Virus record (IMG/VR): IMGVR_UViG_3300033977_000108
Coordinates: 1-64,000 of that record
Direction: 5' to 3' (one strand)
DNA length: 64,000 nt
The notes under the pieces are model-generated. The model searched no databases, was not told where the DNA came from, and worked only from the letters and a program-made list of their open reading frames with translations. Positions 8,695 to 17,344 of this stretch are shown in pieces. Made by a program: the position numbers and the translations under genes. Position 1 is the first letter of the stretch; every line of letters begins with the position of its first letter.

Positions 8695-8862
8695 CTACTT
8701 TCTTGTCATTATGTACCAGATAACATAGAGCCAGCCTAGGATACCATGAATGATGGCATACAAGATGCTGGCATTTCTGTGCCAGCTCAGGATTACTGCC
8801 AGCACAGTGCCAATACCTATGCCACATGGCTTGGCATTGATGGGGGCAGGGTCTTCATCCAT
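8695..8862 (-). CDS. Small two-TM membrane protein
   Basis: GIGIGTVLAVILSW..N.SILYAIIHGILGWLYVIWY, a recognisable conserved small membrane family; SD GAGGAGG. Confidence 0.75.
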   Translation of the reverse strand: MDEDPAPINAKPCGIGIGTVLAVILSWHRNASILYAIIHGILGWLYVIWYIMTRK

Positions 8863-9100
8863 TATTTGCCTCCTCGTCCATGGTACCAGGCAAACAACCG
8901 CCGGCCAAGCCCCTGGTTTCTTCAGCACTCACCTCAAAAGTGTAGGCATAGAAATAGACGCGCATAACTTTCCTGCCGCAGATCGCACAGGTCCCGCGCG
9001 CCCCAAAAGAATGTCCGAACTCTATGTGGTTGAACATCACCTGATTGTCTACAGACAGGCCTTCCAGCTTGCTGTCATGGGTACAGTCTTCGTTTGTCAT
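8855..9100 (-). CDS. Hypothetical protein with CxxC
   Basis: MTNEDCTH..GTCAICGRK. Confidence 0.55.
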   Translation of the reverse strand: MTNEDCTHDSKLEGLSVDNQVMFNHIEFGHSFGARGTCAICGRKVMRVYFYAYTFEVSAEETRGLAGGCLPGTMDEEANNG

Positions 9101-9494
9101 TCCAGTATCGCATCCTCTCTGCTTGGGGCAGCTCTTTGAGTGCCTTAACAGCGCTGGTAGAGTAAAAAGAATAGCTGGATTCCAAGAAGTCCCGCTTCCA
9201 GGCCCAATCATCCATAAAGTACCGCTGGACATCTACCTCTGACAATTCCACTTCCTGGCAGTTGTCCAGCTCCAAGATCTTGATTATGCGATCATAATCC
9301 TCTGTGTGGTCCTTTGGGGGAATGGGCCCTGCAGTAAGTTTACCAGCAGCCCTTGCGTCGGCCAAACAACGCTCCCACAAGTCATTATATCGCTGTTTGA
9401 AGCCTTTCAGGGCTTCTTCAAAGATTGTCCTGTGGGCAGCTCTATTCTTCCTCAAGGTTTCCAGGAGCTTACTTTTGCTCATTCTTATGTTCAT
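9075..9494 (-). CDS. Conserved phage hypothetical protein, tandem paralog B1
   Basis: IRMSKSKLLE.L..NRAAHR.IFEEALKG; P.DHT.DYDR.I..LELDN..EVELSE.DVQRY.MDDW.WKRDFL shared with 9558..9935. Confidence 0.85.
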   Translation of the reverse strand: MNIRMSKSKLLETLRKNRAAHRTIFEEALKGFKQRYNDLWERCLADARAAGKLTAGPIPPKDHTEDYDRIIKILELDNCQEVELSEVDVQRYFMDDWAWKRDFLESSYSFYSTSAVKALKELPQAERMRYWNDKRRLYP

Positions 9495-9557
9495 TGCCCT
9501 CCTCCATCTACACCTATTTCCTTGCGGCGGTGGCAATCTTTGTCCAAGGATTCCTCC

Positions 9558-9935
9558 TTAGGACAGCTCTTCGAATGCCTTCGAGGCGCTGATGGAATAG
9601 GCACGGTTGGATGCCAGGAAGTCTCTCTTCCAAGTCCAGTCGTCCATAACATACCGCTGGACATCGGCTTCGGATAATTCCACTTCCTTGCGATTGTCCA
9701 GCTCCAAAGCCCTGATTACGCGGTCATAATCCTTTGTGTGGTCCTCTGGGATCGGCAGGCTAATATAGATAGTGGCCACTTTGCCAGCCCTCAAGTTGGC
9801 CAAGTGTAGCTCCAGTAAGTCAATGTTCTGCTGTTTGTAGCCCTTCAGGGCTTCCTCAAAGATTGCCCTATGAGCGGCTCTGTTCTCTTTCAGGATTTCC
9901 AAGAGCTTGCTTTTGCTCATTCTTATGTCCTTCAT
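9558..9935 (-). CDS. Conserved phage hypothetical protein, tandem paralog B2
   Basis: Paralog of 9075..9494; SD GGAGG. Confidence 0.85.
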   Translation of the reverse strand: MKDIRMSKSKLLEILKENRAAHRAIFEEALKGYKQQNIDLLELHLANLRAGKVATIYISLPIPEDHTKDYDRVIRALELDNRKEVELSEADVQRYVMDDWTWKRDFLASNRAYSISASKAFEELS

Positions 9936-10569
9936 TATTCTCCTCCAAGTGGAATAGTCCAAGTTCGGGAAGACCTATGAACCTGGTTCCTTCAAGCTTT
10001 ACATCTACTTCCTTATGATGATGACCAAAAATCCAAGTCGTAGGGTGCCAGGACCGCCACAAGTGGTCAAGGAACGTACTGGTAGCCGAACGTATTTTGC
10101 CGGGGCCGGTAACCCAGGGAGCGGCTTGTAAGAGGGAGTCTGGCGCCTCGTGTGATACCATTACAGCAGGTTCTATCTGCTGGTATAGAAAGAACGCCTC
10201 ATCCATTTGTGCCGAGGTCAGTTGCTCGTCTCTCCACCAGTCCACGCCTTCTACGCGATACGCCCTATCAACAGAGTAGCCGCCGCCAGCGTAAAACAAG
10301 TCCTTTCCCATTATGTAGCCAAACTCGCCCAGATAGTTGGGATGGCGTCGGCAATCCTCTGGCTTGTCATGGTTGCCGCGAATGAACTTATGCTGGCTCG
10401 GCAGCTCAGGCAGCTCTGCTCCTTGAAAGCCTTCGCCCACGATGTAGAGATTGATACCAAATCCTATGCCCATGTCCCCCACTTGCACCGATGGCTCACC
10501 CGCCGGTAAGCTGTTGATAATGCGCAAGTATCTGGCAAATTGTCCGTGGCAATCGCCAATAAATGTCAT
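9868..10569 (-). CDS. Calcineurin-like metallophosphoesterase
   Basis: GDCHG, VGDMG, RGNHD, VSHEAP, FGHHH motifs. Confidence 0.9.
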   Translation of the reverse strand: MTFIGDCHGQFARYLRIINSLPAGEPSVQVGDMGIGFGINLYIVGEGFQGAELPELPSQHKFIRGNHDKPEDCRRHPNYLGEFGYIMGKDLFYAGGGYSVDRAYRVEGVDWWRDEQLTSAQMDEAFFLYQQIEPAVMVSHEAPDSLLQAAPWVTGPGKIRSATSTFLDHLWRSWHPTTWIFGHHHKEVDVKLEGTRFIGLPELGLFHLEENNEGHKNEQKQALGNPEREQSRS

Positions 10570-10582
10570 AGTGTTGCTCCTG

Positions 10583-10849
10583 TTAGCTCTGTCCTTTTGC
10601 CAATGGCCCACCATCCAGGAGTATTCTGCCGTGCTTGTCTTGAAAGGCATTCATCTCCCGTAGCCATTCCCACACGCTCATGTCAGCGGTCTTTACCGCC
10701 ACATTAGGGCCCGCGCGCACGGCAAGCTCGGCACAGCTAATACAGAGGGCCATGGGAAAGCCACTGGCATTATAGCTTATCTCAACCATGTGGTTCTGGT
10801 CGGTGGTGTAAATACCGACTGATGTCGTGCTTTTCTTTACGGCGGCCAT
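10583..10849 (-). CDS. Hypothetical protein
   Basis: ORF track; CISC. Confidence 0.55.
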   Translation of the reverse strand: MAAVKKSTTSVGIYTTDQNHMVEISYNASGFPMALCISCAELAVRAGPNVAVKTADMSVWEWLREMNAFQDKHGRILLDGGPLAKGQS

Positions 10850-10865
10850 ACTTCTACATTATACA

Positions 10866-11258
10866 CTATTGGGACAGTCCCAAGGCTTGTTCCTGTGTGA
10901 TGCCGTCGTCTTTTACGGCCCGGTAGATAATGCCTATCCTGTGGCCCATTGGCATAGGGCCGCTATCAATCAAACCTTTATCATTCTTCGGCCAAGCGTT
11001 GATATCAAATACCAGGGCGGAGTTACCTTGTCGGTGCCTATAGACGATAGACTTATTGGTGCTGATATCCATTTTTAGCAAGCGGCGGGCAAGATCAGCG
11101 GCGAGTTCGCTTGTCAGCATAGACCTCACCACGCCACCGCCGCGCAGGGTATCCTCCACCAGGCGTTTGGCACCTGCCAAGGTAATCCAATCGTAAATGT
11201 ACCAGCCGGCGATAGTAAGTGTTGGTGATTCAATAAGAAGCAGTTCTTTCCCTATCAT
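10866..11258 (-). CDS. Hypothetical protein
   Basis: SD GGGAG before MIGKELL. Confidence 0.65.
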   Translation of the reverse strand: MIGKELLLIESPTLTIAGWYIYDWITLAGAKRLVEDTLRGGGVVRSMLTSELAADLARRLLKMDISTNKSIVYRHRQGNSALVFDINAWPKNDKGLIDSGPMPMGHRIGIIYRAVKDDGITQEQALGLSQ

Positions 11259-11264
11259 TATCGT

Positions 11265-11480
11265 CTCCCTTCCAAAAGTGGAAATGCCCCTAGGCGGTTT
11301 TCTCGTAGCTTTTCCCCGCGCCGGATTCAAGGCGCTATTTCGGCGCCAACGCGCTCCCAGCGGGGTCCATTTCCAAGGATTGCTCGCCCTTGGGATGGGA
11401 ACCCTTCGCTGCCCACAAGGGCTGGCGGCGGCAGGCAAATAGATTGGGGTACAGGGACGGATTGGCACCGTGCGGCTGGT
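11265..11480 (-). ncRNA. Putative structured intergenic/leader RNA
   Basis: Minus-strand stems CCAAGGG/TCCTTGG, GGCGC/GCGCC, TGGAAATG/CATTTCCA, CTGCC/GGCAG; the in-frame ORF extension lacks an SD. Confidence 0.4.
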
Positions 11481-11507
11481 CTTCAACGCGTTTACGGCCA
11501 GTTGCCC

Positions 11508-11990
11508 CTAGCGAATCCTGTACCCCAATGTCCCATAGGGCCTGTCAAGGCCTTTATAGAAATCGTCCAGACTAAGTCTGCCACGCTTTTCGGTAGCCAG
11601 GTTGTAGCCATAAATAGCTTGGGCAGCCCGGATTGCACGCAGCCAGTGGACTGCAAAATGGGAAGCGACATTAGTGCTATACAATAGCTTCTCCCACAGC
11701 TTCTGCTCTCTCTTGTTCAGCGGTTTCCACCGTACCAGCCAGCCTTCTACATAGTAGCAGCCCGGGAATTCAGCCGAGGCATCAGTCAAGTCGTCCAAGT
11801 CGCCTTCCTTGGCACCAAGGAGAAGGGCCCTAAGTCTGGCAACAGTCATTGCCTTCACCTGATTATCGTTGTTATCTGGCCCGCGCAGGCAGGTGATTAT
11901 CGTGTGGACTGCGCAGGATGCGTATTCTTTATTGTCCTGCTCCTCGGCCCAGTTGATTAAGAACTGGAGACTGTCCAGTAAATCCCTCAT
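11508..11990 (-). CDS. Hypothetical protein
   Basis: ORF track; ATGA overlap; SD AAGGAG. Confidence 0.7.
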   Translation of the reverse strand: MRDLLDSLQFLINWAEEQDNKEYASCAVHTIITCLRGPDNNDNQVKAMTVARLRALLLGAKEGDLDDLTDASAEFPGCYYVEGWLVRWKPLNKREQKLWEKLLYSTNVASHFAVHWLRAIRAAQAIYGYNLATEKRGRLSLDDFYKGLDRPYGTLGYRIR

Positions 11991-12202
11991 CGCTTTGCTC
12001 CTTTAGTAGCAATGGCCCCGGGCCGCTTCACCGGAAACTCAGCACATGCCTGTGCAGGATGGATACTAACCAGGTGATTAGCACCATCAAAATCGTGGGC
12101 GTAAACATCAGGATCACATAGACCACTGACTCGCCTGCGTCGCGCTCGTAAGATTTCCCGTTTTGTCCACCCTTTTTGTTTTCCTTCATGGGTAACCCCC
12201 AT
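11987..12202 (-). CDS. Hypothetical basic protein
   Basis: ORF track. Confidence 0.5.
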   Translation of the reverse strand: MGVTHEGKQKGWTKREILRARRRRVSGLCDPDVYAHDFDGANHLVSIHPAQACAEFPVKRPGAIATKGAKR

Positions 12203-12833
12203 TAGTTGCCTGCCGCACTGATACCGGGCCGCTGATTAAGGCTGGGATCCTACCAGTGGCTTTCAGCTTTCGCATTTCACTGGAGCATCTGGCAAGCACA
12301 GCCTTCTTATCCTTCAATCTCGCGCTGTCGAAAAACAAACCCCCGTCGAGGTGCGCAACCTCATGCTGGATAGCGTGGGCTAACACCCATGAATTCAGGT
12401 AGCCTGGGCTATGCCCCGCTACAACATGCATCAGGTTCCAGTCCTGGTCCCTGTATTGCAGTTCGACTACCAGGCTGCGCGCCACGTGGGCGCTGACCCC
12501 CGGGAAGCTAAGGCAGCCCTCTTCAACCACAATCCTGCCCTCCACAGAGAGTATCTCAGGATTATACATAAGAGGCAACCCTATCAGGTTTCCATCCCTG
12601 TCATAATGGTCGCTCTCTGTAAAGATGTTGAATGGCACGCAGAATCTTCTTGCGTCGCCCAATTGGATTCCCGCTAAATAATATCCATCGTTAGCTTTGC
12701 ACAGCTCGCTAATGTAGTCAATATACCACATTGGGAGCGGTCCATCCAGAGGCTTGGACTTCGTCCGCAGCAGCTCTATGTCAAAGCGGACGATTTTGAC
12801 CTCCCCTACATCGTAGGGCTGACTAATCGTCAT
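12186..12833 (-). CDS. def: Peptide deformylase (divergent motif 1)
   Basis: EGCLSFPG (motif 2), QHEVAHLDG (motif 3), YLAGIQLG (motif 1 variant). Confidence 0.88.
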   Translation of the reverse strand: MTISQPYDVGEVKIVRFDIELLRTKSKPLDGPLPMWYIDYISELCKANDGYYLAGIQLGDARRFCVPFNIFTESDHYDRDGNLIGLPLMYNPEILSVEGRIVVEEGCLSFPGVSAHVARSLVVELQYRDQDWNLMHVVAGHSPGYLNSWVLAHAIQHEVAHLDGGLFFDSARLKDKKAVLARCSSEMRKLKATGRIPALISGPVSVRQATNGGYP

Positions 12834-13233
12834 TGCTCCCTATTGTGGGTATTATTATGAGCGGTGTAAGCCAGTCTGCCAGTATTGTACCGGGAAGCAG
12901 GGAGGAAAGGGGTACTTTCTCAATGTCGTCGGAGTACCATACTTCCCGATATGCCGATCTTTTGGCTTTACAGAGGAGCAGGCGCCTACTTCTGATACTA
13001 GTAAAGTTCAGCGCATCCTGAAGTTTGCCAAAAGCACATAGTGGGCCGGCATCCTCGCACGGTCTTGTTATCCTGCCCAGCGCGTAGCTCACGCTATCAA
13101 AGGTTACAATAGCGGACCGGTAACTGCCAGAATCGTCCCACACCACCTTGAACAGCAAAGATTCGTCTTTGGACTGCTGATCCATGATCTCCCTTGCTTT
13201 GGCGGACAGTCTAAAGTAGTTAACCGCTATCAC
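12823..13233 (-). CDS. Hypothetical protein, tandem paralog C1
   Basis: Highly similar to 13287..13697 (SLLFKVVWDD.GSYRSAIV..LGRITRP.E.AGPLCAFGKL.DAL.F). Confidence 0.85.
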   Translation of the reverse strand: MIAVNYFRLSAKAREIMDQQSKDESLLFKVVWDDSGSYRSAIVTFDSVSYALGRITRPCEDAGPLCAFGKLQDALNFTSIRSRRLLLCKAKRSAYREVWYSDDIEKVPLSSLLPGTILADWLTPLIIIPTIGSNDD

Positions 13234-13286
13234 TGTAGCTCTTTCCCTCCTTGTCGGTTCCTCCAGACCTCTTTGAGAATGCCTGG

Positions 13287-13697
13287 TTAATCATCATTGC
13301 TCCGCCTTATGTATACCCTTTCAAGCGGTATAAGCCAATCTGCCAGTGTTGTACCGGGGGCCAGAGAGGAAAGGCCTACTTTCTTGGGATCATCGGAATA
13401 CCATACTTCCTGGTGTGCTGACCTTTTGGCCTTACAAAGGAGCAGAAACTCGCTTCTGATATTGACAAAATCCAGCGCATCTTTGAGCTTGCCGAAAGCA
13501 CACAGTGGGCCGGCACCCTCCCAAGGCCTTGTTATCCTGCCCAGCTCATAGTTTACGCGGTCGGAGCTTACAATAGCAGATCGGTAGCTGCCAAAGTCAT
13601 CCCATACCACCTTGAACAGCAAGGATTTGTCCTTGGGCTGCTGGTCCATGAGCTCCTTTGCTCTGTTGGATAGCCTGCAATAGTCAACCGTTATCAC
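13287..13697 (-). CDS. Hypothetical protein, tandem paralog C2
   Basis: Paralog of 12823..13233; upstream SD region also duplicated. Confidence 0.85.
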   Translation of the reverse strand: MITVDYCRLSNRAKELMDQQPKDKSLLFKVVWDDFGSYRSAIVSSDRVNYELGRITRPWEGAGPLCAFGKLKDALDFVNIRSEFLLLCKAKRSAHQEVWYSDDPKKVGLSSLAPGTTLADWLIPLERVYIRRSNDD

Positions 13698-13885
13698 TGT
13701 GGCTCTTCTCCCTCCTTATCAGCCCCGCCGGGCCTCTTTGAGAACACTTCATGATACTTCTTGTCTACTGTCTCGTATTCCTGTATTACAATGACGAAGA
13801 ACCTGGATACAAGCTTTGGGGTATGCCCGGCCAGCAAGGAAATGACAACAGCGTATCCTACGCAGGCCATAAAGTCAATTACCAT
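13694..13885 (-). CDS. Small membrane protein
   Basis: Hydrophobic N-terminus; SD AGGAG. Confidence 0.55.
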   Translation of the reverse strand: MVIDFMACVGYAVVISLLAGHTPKLVSRFFVIVIQEYETVDKKYHEVFSKRPGGADKEGEEPQ

Positions 13886-13913
13886 TGCCTTGTCTCCTAA
13901 TCAGTCGCCTCCT

Positions 13914-14072
13914 CTAGTCAGGGCTGGCAGCGTAGGCAACAAGTGCCCAAACAGCGCACATAGCAGCCCAGGCCGCAGCCAGCCAGTTGTGACGGGGAAT
14001 GGCCTGTACGCATACAAAGATGCCAGAAATCGCCACAATCGAGGCAGGGATTCTAATATCCTGCTTCTTCAT
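13914..14072 (-). CDS. Small two-TM membrane protein (52 aa)
   Basis: Own translation MKKQDIRIPASIVAISGIFVCVQAIPRHNWLAAAWAAMCAVWALVAYAASPD. Confidence 0.55.
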   Translation of the reverse strand: MKKQDIRIPASIVAISGIFVCVQAIPRHNWLAAAWAAMCAVWALVAYAASPD

Positions 14073-14517
14073 GCTCAGTCCCTTCTTTCTGCTTGATTGG
14101 TTTTGCCGCCGGCGGCTTGTGGTTTTCCTGTTGCCTGGCTGGCAAGACTTCTACCAGCACTTCCGCCAGGCCCTCGGCCTTGAAGCGCAGGACGACAGCA
14201 ACGCCCAGCGAAGCATCAAGTATTCTACCAGTTTTTGGGGATGGGCCTCTGTCATTCACGCGGGCAATGACAGAGCGTCCGTTTTCCAGATTGGTAATCC
14301 TAACCCACACGCCCATAGGCAGGTGCGGGCTGGCTACCGTCATGGCATACATGTTGAATGTTTCGCCGCTGTATGTCTCTTTGCCGTCCCATCCAGGGCC
14401 GTACCAGGAGGCTATACCCTGCTCTGCGCTGGCGGTGTTGGTCATAGCCACCGATTTGCTGCTGGCCGTGCTGGCCAGCAGATAGGATAGAAGGCACAGT
14501 ATAGCCAATCTTTTCAT
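14053..14517 (-). CDS. rlpA: RlpA-family (DPBB) lytic transglycosylase with signal peptide
   Basis: GIASWYG...SGE.FNMYAMT.AS..LP.G..VR.TNLENGRSV..RVNDRGP...RILD.S. Confidence 0.92.
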   Translation of the reverse strand: MKRLAILCLLSYLLASTASSKSVAMTNTASAEQGIASWYGPGWDGKETYSGETFNMYAMTVASPHLPMGVWVRITNLENGRSVIARVNDRGPSPKTGRILDASLGVAVVLRFKAEGLAEVLVEVLPARQQENHKPPAAKPIKQKEGTEHEEAGY

Positions 14518-14533
14518 ACTGTTCCCCCATGAT

Positions 14534-15016
14534 TTAGCGTTTTGGGATGCCTACCAGCACAATGTTCCTACCAGCCATTGGCAGGCGTAGTTCTTCCACG
14601 GTGTGCGTCCTTGTGGCCAGGTTCTTCAGGTATTGTAGCCAGGCCAGATACGAGTACTTCCCAGTGTAGGCTTTCGCGCTTGGCTTTACGCAGCAGGGGC
14701 ATACAGCAAAAGGTATCCCATGCAGCACTGCATATAGGACGATGTGGTCTGTCGCCTCGTCAGGATGCATACCAGCAACCAGGGCGAACTTGTCCCTGCT
14801 ATCAGAAGTAAAGTAGGCGTATTTCTGCCCAGGTCGCCCTTTCGCCAAGTGGTGTCGCTTATCTATCGTAGTCACTTTCCTAAAGCCACGCTCAAACAAT
14901 GACGCTTTCAAGTAGCCTTTGCCCCCTGCTACATCGGCTATTGGGAAGTCCTTGTAAAGGGGGAACTTAGTGGCTATTAGCCGCGCCATCAAGTCAAATC
15001 GTCGTGAGTCGCCCAT
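14534..15016 (-). CDS. Class I SAM-dependent methyltransferase-like protein
   Basis: IADVAGGKG SAM motif, TTID, AGMHPDEAT, FAVCPCC. Confidence 0.8.
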   Translation of the reverse strand: MGDSRRFDLMARLIATKFPLYKDFPIADVAGGKGYLKASLFERGFRKVTTIDKRHHLAKGRPGQKYAYFTSDSRDKFALVAGMHPDEATDHIVLYAVLHGIPFAVCPCCVKPSAKAYTGKYSYLAWLQYLKNLATRTHTVEELRLPMAGRNIVLVGIPKR

Positions 15017-15109
15017 CAGTCATCTCGGCTTGTAGCATTCGCAAGTATTCCGAATAAGCCAAGGATGAGCAATAGGGCGATGAGCTTCCAACCTTCTACC
15101 AAAGCTATC

Positions 15110-15427
15110 TCACCCTTCAACCTTTGCAGCTGACAGGCGCTGCATCTTATTATACAACGCCTTTCCTATCTTTGCAAGCGGCGCCCTCAATGGGGACCCG
15201 CCCTTTGGCGTCTTCCACTTGCGCCGCTTCTTGGGCTTCATCCTCCAGCCGCACCTTGGCTTCTTCCGTCCCAAGCCGTGAGATGGGAAGAAGCCACCCA
15301 CTGCCAGATAGCGGCAGCCACAAGAGGCATCATCTTCTTCGTACCGCCTATGCTTGCAAAAGGGGCAGGTGGTTATAGGCTTCCTGGGGCCCCTCTCCAA
15401 GTTTGCTCCGCAGACTTTATTCGACAT
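15110..15427 (-). CDS. Basic Cys-rich protein
   Basis: CPFCKH..CGC..C; basic C-terminus. Confidence 0.55.
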   Translation of the reverse strand: MSNKVCGANLERGPRKPITTCPFCKHRRYEEDDASCGCRYLAVGGFFPSHGLGRKKPRCGWRMKPKKRRKWKTPKGGSPLRAPLAKIGKALYNKMQRLSAAKVEG

Positions 15428-15581
15428 CTGCCTGTCTCTCCTTGCGCCGGCTTTCCAGCCAACTTAGGAAGAGCTTCTTTATCAGCGCGTATCCCAAGTC
15501 CGTGCGGAACACCCGGCGCGCGATAAAGTATCCAATGATTAAGCTTGCCGTAGCCACAAAAGCCACATCAACGACCCTCAT
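15417..15581 (-). CDS. Small membrane protein (54 aa)
   Basis: Own translation MRVVDVAFVATASLIIGYFIARRVF...; SD GAGGAGG. Confidence 0.6.
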   Translation of the reverse strand: MRVVDVAFVATASLIIGYFIARRVFRTDLGYALIKKLFLSWLESRRKERQADVE

Positions 15582-15609
15582 TGGCTACCTCCTCGTTGAA
15601 GATAGGATA

Positions 15610-15636
15610 AGGGGCTAGCCGTAGAGACTAGCCCCT
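15610..15636 (-). terminator. Stem-loop, possible terminator or processing site
   Basis: AGGGGCTAG/CTAGCCCCT 9-bp stem after 15673 ORF; U-tail weak. Confidence 0.4.
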
Positions 15637-15672
15637 CTAGACTTGATTACTGCGGCAGGCTCTTACCAGTGC

Positions 15673-16296
15673 CTACGCGGCAATCTCTTCGCCGGACTCC
15701 GGCCTGTCGAACAAAACGCTGCTGTTGATTGGGATGGCGTCGCTAATCGGGCCATCCGAGGCAGACACTCCTGGGTCTTCCGCCGACTCGTTGTCAAACA
15801 CGGCGGCAGGGGCGATGTCCCGATGGCCGACCAGCGCCAAGGACGGAGCCCCGTTCAGGCCGAACAGGTCAGCCCGGACCCAGGCGGAAGTCACGCCGCC
15901 ATACGGGAATTCATAGCCGCCAGGAACCTTCTTCGGATTGACAATCTTGAGGTTCAACAAGTCCCCACGCTGCAATCCAAGGCTCTTGACAGCTTCGATC
16001 ACTTCGGGCGCTTTGGTGAATACTTGCAGTGCCCGGCGCCGGCGTTGGAACGGCTTGGCTGGGTCGCCAGTCGGGTGGTAATAACGGGACCAGCCCACTT
16101 TCAGCTTCAGGAACGGCTCTCCGTCGTAGATGCCGCCGTTGTAAACGCCTTCCTCGACCGCAAACAGCGTGACATTGTACAAGTGGCCGATGTTGAACGG
16201 CTGCTTCCAGCTGTACTGGACGTCGTTCAACGTATCGTAGCGCAGGATGAGCGTCTCGTAAACACGCGGAATCCTCAATTGACTTGTGTTATCCAC
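15673..16296 (-). CDS. Hypothetical beta-rich protein with acidic tail (possible OB-fold nucleic-acid binder), paralog D1
   Basis: Shares G.PF..L..G..R, RR.LQ.F, GL.RGDLLNL, VPGG.E, VGHR.I.P with 20469..20960; acidic C-terminal tail. Confidence 0.75.
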   Translation of the reverse strand: MDNTSQLRIPRVYETLILRYDTLNDVQYSWKQPFNIGHLYNVTLFAVEEGVYNGGIYDGEPFLKLKVGWSRYYHPTGDPAKPFQRRRRALQVFTKAPEVIEAVKSLGLQRGDLLNLKIVNPKKVPGGYEFPYGGVTSAWVRADLFGLNGAPSLALVGHRDIAPAAVFDNESAEDPGVSASDGPISDAIPINSSVLFDRPESGEEIAA

Positions 16297-16329
16297 GGTA
16301 TCCTCCTTAGAGTTGATTTCAGGCTACTT

Positions 16330-17274
16330 TTACGCAGCCTGTCCTTGCTCTTGTGCTTCGGTGTCTTCACCTGCCACAACAGCAGGTGCAGGCATCTCTA
16401 CAACATTATCAGGCGCGGCCGGTGTAGCTTCCGCTCCGCCCTGCTCGGCAGGCACTGTCTGCTGTGCCGATGTAATGGCAGCGTACAGGGCACCCTCTTG
16501 GTACCCTTGTGCAGCACTACGCCAGAGGCGCAGCCAGTTCTTGAACTGCTCAAACAGCTCGACATAGATGGAGTTGTCCGAGCCTTTCTCGATGGCCTCC
16601 CTGGTCGCCGCCAAGGTCATGTGGATTGGAAACCACAAGTCTTTGCGGCTAACGCCAAGGATGGAGAACCACTTGGATAGTTTGCTGCCCAGGCCAACCC
16701 CAGGATAGCGACGCATCTCCTCCCGATTGGTCAGGTAGTCAAACATCTTCAGCTTCTCCTCTGGGCTGATCTGTTCTTCCATGATTTGAAGCACCTCTTC
16801 CTGTTGCTCTGGCGTGAAGACGCCATTGCGGCCCATCAGAGGCGCTGTGTGTTCAGGGCGCAAAGCCTTCTGCTCCCTGTATTTGCCGTGGCTCATGGCA
16901 ATACCTCCTCCAGGTGGAATCACCTGGACATTTGCTTCCATGCTACCCCTATAAAGCCCACAACGCTGGCATTTATTGGTGTAGCATTCCGTGGACTTTG
17001 ACCTGACATCAAAGCCCTCCTTACCGCGAACATAACCGGACCGGCATTCCACGGTCCAGTCATTACCTTTGCCCGTATAGAGCGTTCTGAATGCCGGGCA
17101 AAGCTCTCTGGCAGCGCCTCTCAGTTGCGAAACCATTGTGTGTAAAGCGCCTGAGAAGCGCTCAACGAACGGGCCGTTGTAGATGCCGCGCCCCAGCTCG
17201 TCGAGCAGCTGTCCACAATAAGTGGAAGTTGCTTCGACTTGCTCAAGTGCGACCATAGTAACGTCAGTATCCAC
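16330..17274 (-). CDS. Hypothetical protein (314 aa)
   Basis: Long ORF; SD AGGAGG; CQRC. Confidence 0.8.
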   Translation of the reverse strand: MDTDVTMVALEQVEATSTYCGQLLDELGRGIYNGPFVERFSGALHTMVSQLRGAARELCPAFRTLYTGKGNDWTVECRSGYVRGKEGFDVRSKSTECYTNKCQRCGLYRGSMEANVQVIPPGGGIAMSHGKYREQKALRPEHTAPLMGRNGVFTPEQQEEVLQIMEEQISPEEKLKMFDYLTNREEMRRYPGVGLGSKLSKWFSILGVSRKDLWFPIHMTLAATREAIEKGSDNSIYVELFEQFKNWLRLWRSAAQGYQEGALYAAITSAQQTVPAEQGGAEATPAAPDNVVEMPAPAVVAGEDTEAQEQGQAA

Positions 17275-17344
17275 TTCTTACCTCCTTTGGAATGCCACTG
17301 GTGCAACCAGTGGTTATTCGCATCCGTCCTGGCTTTCGTAGGTA

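Noticed and set aside
15643-16680. 345-aa plus-strand ORF (also 6037..6762, 22923..23408, 23613..24311 and similar)
   Set aside because: Shadow ORFs opposite well-supported minus-strand genes.
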